From a virus: a DNA stretch of 64,000 bases. Positions 57,215 through 64,000 of the stretch are shown piece by piece; positions within the stretch are counted from its first letter, which is position 1, and each line of letters begins with the position of its first letter. The DNA lies in the IMG/VR virus record IMGVR_UViG_3300025127_000025, positions 3,162 to 67,161 of that record. One strand, 5' to 3'. The position numbers and the translations under genes were made by a program. The notes beneath the pieces were generated by a model that was not told the DNA's origin, did not search any database, and worked only from the letters and a program-made list of their open reading frames with translations.

Positions 57215-59578
57215 TCACCAGTGACTCTTTGGCATCTTTGCCCCACAGGCTTTGTCCAGAGACTTCCAACCCAACGTGTCGTACACTCTCTTTATCTTAG
57301 CCTTGATGAATTTGTCAACAATCAAACCGTAGTCAACGGAGAAGCCCTCTAACTCAATCGGGTTTCTGAACGCTGCCACCTCTGTGTAAGGTAGGTTCTC
57401 TGGTGCCTCGGACACATACAACCACCTGATACTGTCCCCGACCCTTACCGGGTCTATTGGGTCCATGTGCTCATTGTAGTATCTGGCTGCTCTGACTGAT
57501 AGTGGTGGTGTGTTCTTGTAGGTCTCCTTACCAATCCTACCATATGGGGCAAGGCTCTCGATGCCCCACTCACCACTGAGCACGGATGTGGAGATGTCTC
57601 TGATTGCATCAGTCACCTCCTTCTCCTCTGCCCCAGTGCCTACTTGCCTAAATAGAATCTCAGAAACCTCCTTCGTGAGCGGTGATACGCTAGAGGCCTT
57701 ATATGCGAACCCTGTGACCTTCATGGTCCCCTTCTTACTCTCTGGCCAAGTGATGATACCAAAGTTCCTGTTCTTTACATCAGCCGTGGTCCAGTAGTCA
57801 AAGTAAGCCTCGAACTCTATGTTCATCCCCGGTAGATTTAGGGTAGATTGAATCTTGTCGTTTAGTTTGTCCACAAGGTCATCAACCTCATCAAACGGGC
57901 ACTGTATGTATCCAGAGTCGGTATGACCTGCAAGAGCCTTGTAGCCAAGCACCTCGCTCTCAGACAGGAGCATATTGATGCATTTCCTACCATAGTATGT
58001 GATTGTGGCACCGATGTCTGGGTCTATCCACCCACCACCTACAGCCTTCTGTGAGACGTATCCATAGCAGGCGTTGCTGTTAACTTTCACAGCGAGTTGT
58101 AGCATGTTGTACTTGAACTTAGTATCCTCATCCTCGGCCTCATTCATCTTGCGCTTGTACTTCCTTCTGAGGTCCATCATCTCACTTATGAGCGACGGTA
58201 GGACACCCGTCTTCTCCTGATTCCAATGTGTTCCGTTTTCCACCGTTCTAATGCCATTACCGCTTTTATTCTCCTTGGTAGTTAGGCAAAGGTTGGCATC
58301 CACTATGATTTGCGGATACATGGCAGCAAAGTCAATACAGGCGACACCCGCCCATCTACCGGCCTTTGGCTCAGGCACATGTGCTGCTGTCATTTCCTCC
58401 CTCTTTCTATTGAATAATGATAGGCCCTTCAAGCCGGTTCTCCGACCTATGAGCCCTCGAATGTAATTGGACACGTTGTGCGTCGATTGGAATCGCACAC
58501 CGCAGAATTTCTGCATGGTAGTGAAGAAGGGAATTGCATTTACCTTCTCTGTGCATCTTCTGAGGAGAGTGGTGTCACGCACACAGTAATCGACAAACTC
58601 ATCGAAGTTCTCGACCCACCATGTACGGACATCCGCATCCATCTTCTCCCCTTGCGCCCCAAACTCATCTGATAGTTTGAGGTCTGTGGCAATGTCAGCA
58701 AGTTTACGACTCTTGAACTGACCATTGCCACTCTTCTGCCACAGAGACTCAAGCCCCGTTCCTGTCCCCCATCTAGCGGCAGTGTCAAAGCACAACCTAC
58801 CTAGAATGGGCTGTGCTGTTTCCTTGTATCCATCTTTTCTAGGTCGAATGACCTCTCCTATGGGACTCAACCTGTCAGCCTTGGCACCCAGCCTCTTGAC
58901 CAGTTGGGGCAAGTCGGCCCACATGATTGCGTGAGCGATGAGCATGTCGGGGTCACACTTCTCCAGATGTTGTAGGAATGCCTCATGCATGTCATCCTCA
59001 TTTGTGTGCATATATAGCAAGTAGCCGCCTTCTTTATCGATGAAGTCCATACTGTCGCCCTCAACCTCAAGATTCCAAGCGAATACCACGGGGTGCTCTG
59101 CATGTGTGTCGTCTATCGCTATCATGGTGGTAGCACCCTCGAATGGTTCATTGGGTTGCCACTCCATGTCGAAGTACCATATCCTCGGCTCTAGGAGCGG
59201 GTAGTCCCTGCTGTCTGGGTACCTATGTTTCAACCACTGGTCTGGGTATGATATGTCGGCTTCGTATGTTCTCAACTCATCTTTGATTTCCCATAGATGT
59301 GATGGGTTGCTTACTTCTAACTTGAACAGGGTGTTTCCGTCATTGCCTACGGCCTTGATGTCCCTATGAAACCGAGCACCGGGATATCTCGCTGATATTC
59401 TAGCGAGTTTTCTCTCAGGTGTGTAATCAGGCACCCAGCAATGCGGGGCGATGTAATCTGGGTGCTTAGGGTCTAACGTCTGTATGGTTAGGCCATCTTT
59501 CATGTTTCTTGTTCTGACGTACAGGTGTGGTTTGCTGAAACCATCCCAACCGTCTGGGTAGAAGTAGTCTATAATCAT
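57215..59578 (-). CDS. polB: family B DNA polymerase
   Basis: Exonuclease motifs YFDME and YCVRD; polymerase motifs DFAAMYP, KVNSNACYGY, GHTDS and KNRN. Confidence 0.92.
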   Translation of the reverse strand: MIIDYFYPDGWDGFSKPHLYVRTRNMKDGLTIQTLDPKHPDYIAPHCWVPDYTPERKLARISARYPGARFHRDIKAVGNDGNTLFKLEVSNPSHLWEIKDELRTYEADISYPDQWLKHRYPDSRDYPLLEPRIWYFDMEWQPNEPFEGATTMIAIDDTHAEHPVVFAWNLEVEGDSMDFIDKEGGYLLYMHTNEDDMHEAFLQHLEKCDPDMLIAHAIMWADLPQLVKRLGAKADRLSPIGEVIRPRKDGYKETAQPILGRLCFDTAARWGTGTGLESLWQKSGNGQFKSRKLADIATDLKLSDEFGAQGEKMDADVRTWWVENFDEFVDYCVRDTTLLRRCTEKVNAIPFFTTMQKFCGVRFQSTHNVSNYIRGLIGRRTGLKGLSLFNRKREEMTAAHVPEPKAGRWAGVACIDFAAMYPQIIVDANLCLTTKENKSGNGIRTVENGTHWNQEKTGVLPSLISEMMDLRRKYKRKMNEAEDEDTKFKYNMLQLAVKVNSNACYGYVSQKAVGGGWIDPDIGATITYYGRKCINMLLSESEVLGYKALAGHTDSGYIQCPFDEVDDLVDKLNDKIQSTLNLPGMNIEFEAYFDYWTTADVKNRNFGIITWPESKKGTMKVTGFAYKASSVSPLTKEVSEILFRQVGTGAEEKEVTDAIRDISTSVLSGEWGIESLAPYGRIGKETYKNTPPLSVRAARYYNEHMDPIDPVRVGDSIRWLYVSEAPENLPYTEVAAFRNPIELEGFSVDYGLIVDKFIKAKIKRVYDTLGWKSLDKACGAKMPKSHW

Positions 59579-59582
59579 CAAA

Positions 59583-60347
59583 TCACTCCTGTTGGTCAAT
59601 GATGATTAGTAGTCTCTCTTCATTACTACCCTCCTGCTCGACAACCAATCCGGTCGCCTGACCGAAATGCACCCTCGCTGGTGAAGGAGATACCAAACCT
59701 AAGCAGGGCATCAACCACGGGCCGAAGTTTGAGTAAACAGAATGAACAGGGCCTTCACTATCATCAAGCGCGCTTGTAGCGAATATCTTGACGTCATGTT
59801 CCTTACCGACTGCCACTGATATCTCACCTGCGTCTGCATTGGCTGTAATCTTGAAGTCGGAGTTGTTCGCTATCAATCTCTTTAACGAAGAGATGCTGTT
59901 GAAGTCCTTGAGATTCGTCACGCCATGCACGTCGTAGTTGTCCACGCCAAATGAGCGCCAGTTATCGGACTCCGCATTCTTGATAAGTTTGTTGAAGTTA
60001 GGTAGCATCTGCGTACTCTTGCAGTCGGTTATGGGCAAGTTCATCTTCAGATTCCCACATGAGACGTAAAGTGTCTTTCCGTTTGACATCTGCTTCAGTT
60101 TCACCTGTCCCTTGCACTTCTTGACGAATGCCACTAACTTGTCCAAATTGGAGATGATGATTGAGCCTGCCTTCTCTATTCCAGATGACAGGGTCTTCTT
60201 CACCCTGAGATAGTGAGTCTGATAGCCCACAGCGTAAGTCATGACTTGTGTATCTTCACTCAGGTCCAACCTGAGGTCATTGATGTTCTGAGGGAACTGG
60301 CCTATGTGACTCAGCAACTCATCCTTATCTAGAACTAACGTAGGCAT
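59583..60347 (-). CDS. putative PCNA-like sliding clamp
   Basis: About 254 aa with a two-repeat alpha/beta pattern, adjacent to PolB and in the same block as RFC. Based mainly on size and context. Confidence 0.5.
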   Translation of the reverse strand: MPTLVLDKDELLSHIGQFPQNINDLRLDLSEDTQVMTYAVGYQTHYLRVKKTLSSGIEKAGSIIISNLDKLVAFVKKCKGQVKLKQMSNGKTLYVSCGNLKMNLPITDCKSTQMLPNFNKLIKNAESDNWRSFGVDNYDVHGVTNLKDFNSISSLKRLIANNSDFKITANADAGEISVAVGKEHDVKIFATSALDDSEGPVHSVYSNFGPWLMPCLGLVSPSPARVHFGQATGLVVEQEGSNEERLLIIIDQQE

Positions 60348-60349
60348 TA

Positions 60350-60595
60350 TCACCACTCCAGTGTTTCTTCCACATCGCCGTTTTTGTCCACGACTAGGTC
60401 ATACGTTACATATCCAGACTCGCCACATATGTCGCAAGTTACCTTGAAGGTTACGTGTGGGTCTTTCCCATCCTCGACTATCTCCTCTAGACTAACGATG
60501 GTATATCCCTCATCATGGTCACAATCGATGTGTCCATCGAGATAGGCATGGTCGGCTGCTGTCATACCCGGTGGGTAGTTGTCCACTTGAATCAC
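60350..60595 (-). CDS. small acidic Zn-binding protein
   Basis: CDH...CDICG. Confidence 0.55.
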   Translation of the reverse strand: MIQVDNYPPGMTAADHAYLDGHIDCDHDEGYTIVSLEEIVEDGKDPHVTFKVTCDICGESGYVTYDLVVDKNGDVEETLEW

Positions 60596-61561
60596 CTAGA
60601 GACCCTGTAGTTCAGGCAGGCCGAACCATGTTGGCTTCTTACCCTGCTCTGTTCTCAGTATGACGTTCTTCTGCCCCTGTAGGGCAGCGTCAGTCTTGCT
60701 CTTCTCAAACGTGGCTGTGAACTCAGAAAGGGTCACGTTACCATCATCGTCGTAGGTATCCGTTCTATCGCACTTTATGATTTGATACAGATAGTTGTTG
60801 CTTGCCTTCTCCCAAGCAGGTCGCCACTGCGCATTCTGCTCGTTGTTGCTGCTGTAGTTGGTCATCTTGAGATGAGTCTCCCAGAACACTCTCACGCCCC
60901 TCTTGACCAGACCCCTGCATAACGCAGTCATCTGATGGAAACGTGTGGTTCTTATACTCCAGTCCCACTGGTACTCGACTCTTCTGCCTGTGCCAGCGCC
61001 TCTGTTGTCAGCGGCGTCGATACCATCCTTGGCTAGACCAAGGTCAGCGATACGCATGCAATTGGTCGCTACACTATCCCATAGGTCAACACCAGTGACG
61101 AGAACACCCCAGTACTGGTCGTGCTCACTCAAGGTGTATTGCAGGATTGACATGACCCTGTCGTGTGTCGCAGGGTAATCATACGCAGTCCTATCGCCAG
61201 TCTGCATGACCCAAGGGTCCCAGCACCTGATGTGTTTGTTGTCAGGGTAGAATGCCGACTTGGTAGCGGCAGCGCCGCCGTCGAAGTCAAGCACCGCAAG
61301 ATACTTGGCCTCCTCAGTCTCATCGCAGTACTTCTGGAAGAAGTCAAGCACTATGCCTGACTTGCCTGTGTTCTCATGCCCTATGATGCCCATGAAGATG
61401 TGAGTCTTGGGACCGCCTTGGTTCTGTAGTTCCTCGAACTCTGCCTTCAGCGCAGCGAATGCGCCAGAGTCTGTTCTCTTGGTGACAGGAGTGGAAGCCA
61501 ACTCCTCAGCCTCCTCCTCCTTCACTTGTATCTCTTTGGCTTTACCAAAGCCTGCCATCAT
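60596..61561 (-). CDS. RecA/RadA-superfamily (Sak4/AAA_24-like) ATPase
   Basis: GHENTGKS (Walker A), VLDFDGG, VLVTGVD and VFWETH. Confidence 0.7.
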   Translation of the reverse strand: MMAGFGKAKEIQVKEEEAEELASTPVTKRTDSGAFAALKAEFEELQNQGGPKTHIFMGIIGHENTGKSGIVLDFFQKYCDETEEAKYLAVLDFDGGAAATKSAFYPDNKHIRCWDPWVMQTGDRTAYDYPATHDRVMSILQYTLSEHDQYWGVLVTGVDLWDSVATNCMRIADLGLAKDGIDAADNRGAGTGRRVEYQWDWSIRTTRFHQMTALCRGLVKRGVRVFWETHLKMTNYSSNNEQNAQWRPAWEKASNNYLYQIIKCDRTDTYDDDGNVTLSEFTATFEKSKTDAALQGQKNVILRTEQGKKPTWFGLPELQGL

Positions 61562-61830
61562 GTCTCCCTTCCTTGCGGCTCCCCGTCCTGTGCTGGTTGT
61601 TGCACTAGGTTCAGTTCGTTCATGTCCCTCTGTAACTGGGACGAGGCATTGATGACTGTGTTTGCAAAGTTCTCCAAGAGTCTTATGGACACTAGCCTGT
61701 TGTTAGACTGGGCCTGAACTGCTTTCGCTTGCTCAAGAAGGTCATCGTAGGCTTTGCTCAATGCTTCGTTTTTTCTTACGGTCTCTGTTAGTTCTTCTTC
61801 CAATTGTTTCTTTGTCTTCTTATCTACCAT
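61558..61830 (-). CDS. coiled-coil hypothetical protein
   Basis: Heptad pattern; AGGTGA SD. Confidence 0.65.
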   Translation of the reverse strand: MVDKKTKKQLEEELTETVRKNEALSKAYDDLLEQAKAVQAQSNNRLVSIRLLENFANTVINASSQLQRDMNELNLVQQPAQDGEPQGRET

Positions 61831-61839
61831 TCTTTCACC

Positions 61840-63159
61840 TCACATAAATTGCTCTGAGCCAGTGTTGCCACCACGCTGTCCCCTTCTGGAACGGCGCGCG
61901 CTTGCATACACTCCCATTGCCTTGATGTTTGGAATCATCTCTCCGTCTCTGGATGACATGGCCAATCTGCCGCACACGAGCACAGGGCTCCTCTCTGCGT
62001 ATGGCCATCTCTCTCCATTGTCCTCTTCAAATGTGAATGGGTGAGTAAGGTTGTTGCACGCACCTGATATCCAACAGGTTACATCACTTCCAATACCAGT
62101 TCCATTCATATTCTGTAGTCTGGATGATGTCAGTGAAAGGGAGTAAGACATACCAGTCTCATCGTATTCACTCTCTCGTCCTTCAGGTTGCATTCTGTTA
62201 ACGACTCCCTTAGTTATCACTATAGGACCAATCTTACCTTGTCTACCATCAGAGCCTTCGAACGTTCTGACATTTGCTGTATATGCCTCTGGTAGAGCAT
62301 CTAACTCTACAAACATCTCACCCACAAAGTCTTCCCTCGTCCACAGTGTGAATGGATTCAAGAATTTCTTGACATCGTCTTCAACGAATTCATTCGTGTA
62401 CTCAACGTTATTCCAGAAGTTCATGTTAGTGTTCAGTATGTCCTTGAACCTCTCGTCTGTTGTTGTGGGCATCCTGACTTGTATCTTACATGGCACACCG
62501 ATACGGACTTCATGGTCCTTGTTGTCATCAGTGCAGTCCACTCGCCACAACAATATGTCATTCGTGAACTCATTTATCTCGTTGCCCAAGAAGTAGTAAT
62601 GCCTCCCGACGCTTGTATGTGGGTAGGGCCTACCTGCTTTGCTTAGGAGACAGATGTAATCGTTGCCAGCCTTGAACCCCATCGATGGGATGTTCTCAAC
62701 TGACTCATTGGTCTCTACAACACCATTGACTGTGTTGATGACCCAAGTGTCGCCTTCCTTCATGTAATGACCAACCTGTCCACTACCTAGTGCCTCATTG
62801 CTGTTCTCAGTCCACATCTGTGCCCTGTAGCGTGCTATGTTGGCTCTCCTATCAGTGGACCTCGGGTCCACGCCAACGAACGTTCCAACGAACGTTGTGG
62901 TATCTGCACCACCACCACTGACACTGCTTCTCCTGTCCATGATGATGAACGACTCTGCCCAGTCAATGAGTAGGTCCTCGCTCTCAGCAGACCAGTCATC
63001 ACAGGAGTGCTCATCCATCAGATGCTTGATGAAGGCCTCTTGCACTCTCTCTAGTGACTCACCCGTTCTCTCAGCCTGCATACTGAGTCTCTCAACGACC
63101 TCAGCAGGCCACTCGTCTATCTTTCTCTCTTTTTTAAATGGATTATTTTCTTCACTCAT
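61840..63159 (-). CDS. putative RPA/SSB-like OB-fold protein
   Basis: C-terminal OB-like pattern (ITKGVVNRM...YSLSLT...VLVCGRL...NIKAMGVY); sits among replication genes. Confidence 0.5.
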   Translation of the reverse strand: MSEENNPFKKERKIDEWPAEVVERLSMQAERTGESLERVQEAFIKHLMDEHSCDDWSAESEDLLIDWAESFIIMDRRSSVSGGGADTTTFVGTFVGVDPRSTDRRANIARYRAQMWTENSNEALGSGQVGHYMKEGDTWVINTVNGVVETNESVENIPSMGFKAGNDYICLLSKAGRPYPHTSVGRHYYFLGNEINEFTNDILLWRVDCTDDNKDHEVRIGVPCKIQVRMPTTTDERFKDILNTNMNFWNNVEYTNEFVEDDVKKFLNPFTLWTREDFVGEMFVELDALPEAYTANVRTFEGSDGRQGKIGPIVITKGVVNRMQPEGRESEYDETGMSYSLSLTSSRLQNMNGTGIGSDVTCWISGACNNLTHPFTFEEDNGERWPYAERSPVLVCGRLAMSSRDGEMIPNIKAMGVYASARRSRRGQRGGNTGSEQFM

Positions 63160-63308
63160 ATTCCTTCCTCCTCAAGTATTCTCTTGATGACTGCCGTTAG
63201 GTCTTTCATCGTGATATTCAGGTTGGCAATCTGTACCTCAATACCTACGAGTCCACCTTTTACAGTGGACGCTGCTTGTTCTATGTCATTCGCTTTTACT
63301 TCACTCAT
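63156..63308 (-). CDS. 50-aa coiled-coil microprotein (not in ORF track)
   Basis: MSEVKANDIEQAASTVKGGLVGIEVQIANLNITMKDLTAVIKRILEEEGI*; overlaps both neighbours. Confidence 0.65.
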   Translation of the reverse strand: MSEVKANDIEQAASTVKGGLVGIEVQIANLNITMKDLTAVIKRILEEEGI

Positions 63309-63999
63309 TCTTGTCACTTTCCGTTTTCATTTTTGCCACCATATAATCTAGGTAGGAATAGTCATCTCCGCTCCATGTGTGCTTATGGGTAAGCACGTCA
63401 CCATACACAGCCATCACGGTCCACAGGACTGCATCATCACTGTCTTTGAAATGTCTGCGTATGTTTCTGTAGAACCCGCTTAAGATGTGCGGTAGAGGTG
63501 TGCCAGCGTCAAGAAGCGCATGAAGGTTATGGCGTAGTTCGTGCCATTCGTTCTTCAAAGCAAGTTCAGCATTGTCCTGCGATGTCATCGAGTCCAGTAA
63601 GTCGAGCCTGTCTTGCAAGTCGTGTAGATTCATACCATCGAGGAACATCACACACGCTCTCATGTCTCCGTTCATCAGTTCGACTAGTCTTGATAGCATG
63701 GAGGACAGTTCGAACCAACGAGCATGCCACTCCCTATCTAGTATGGATGCGAGCCTCTCAGCCCCGGCGTCCGGGGAGACTGGCTTGAAAGCGTAGACCT
63801 TGCATCGTGATTTGATTGCAGGCCTAATCTTCTCCAAGTCGTTACAAGTCAGAATCAACATTGCGTTGCCACTGTACTTCTCTATGATTTGTCTCATGGC
63901 ATCTTGCGCACTGGGAGTCAGACCATCTGCCTCATCCAGTAATACGACTTTCCTGTCGACCCCGATTGACTTCGCCCTCATTGCGAACTTGAGTTCGTT
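63301..63999 (-). CDS. rfcS: replication factor C (clamp loader) small subunit, 5' end outside window
   Basis: KVVLLDEADGLT..AQDAMR..IEKY, ILTCN, IKSRC and GDMR. Confidence 0.9.
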   Translation of the reverse strand, partial: NELKFAMRAKSIGVDRKVVLLDEADGLTPSAQDAMRQIIEKYSGNAMLILTCNDLEKIRPAIKSRCKVYAFKPVSPDAGAERLASILDREWHARWFELSSMLSRLVELMNGDMRACVMFLDGMNLHDLQDRLDLLDSMTSQDNAELALKNEWHELRHNLHALLDAGTPLPHILSGFYRNIRRHFKDSDDAVLWTVMAVYGDVLTHKHTWSGDDYSYLDYMVAKMKTESDKNE

Positions 64000-64000
64000 T

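Noticed and set aside
1-64000. tRNA/rRNA genes, terminase, integrase, tail sheath and inteins in PolB or MCM
   Set aside because: None recognisable by eye. The terminase probably lies outside the window; tRNAscan-SE would be needed to exclude tRNAs, though intergenic space is minimal.
49836-64000. Cellular archaeal chromosome flanking a provirus
   Set aside because: These replication genes are divergent, compact and co-oriented in one block, with no ribosomal or metabolic genes and no att/integrase; this fits a viral replication module.

Overview
The whole window reads as part of the genome of a tailed archaeal dsDNA virus (HK97-fold Caudoviricetes). It is most consistent with a magrovirus infecting Marine Group II/Poseidoniales; this host call is an inference from gene content, GGTGA/GGAGG Shine-Dalgarno sites and TATA-box leaderless promoters. 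The + strand (1-49192) is a virion morphogenesis block: a LAGLIDADG gene end, portal, several putative internal head proteins (including a 1718-aa protein with a degenerate ligase-like domain), prohead protease/scaffold, major capsid protein, neck and tail tube genes, a -1 frameshifted tail chaperone, a very short tape measure, a 5596-aa tail-tip giant and four fibre genes. The - strand (64000 down to 49189) is an archaeal-type replication/recombination block: RFC, RPA-like protein, RecA-superfamily ATPase, PCNA-like clamp, PolB, Cas4-like nuclease, fused primase, XPF, MCM-like ATPase, DEDD exonuclease and a thermosome. The most interesting signals are (1) a candidate head-cargo system, with recurring hydrophobic-x-K-[A/S/G] sites across the head genes, a catalytically eroded ligase domain bracketed by two such sites, and a mini-scaffold sharing the protease's C-terminal WSE(I/V)H motif; (2) an alternating C-terminal-domain/N-terminal-peptide pattern suggesting chained fibre proteins; and (3) several unannotated, translationally coupled micro-ORFs, one with an apparent CTG start. 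All product calls come from motif recognition by eye; no database search was run.
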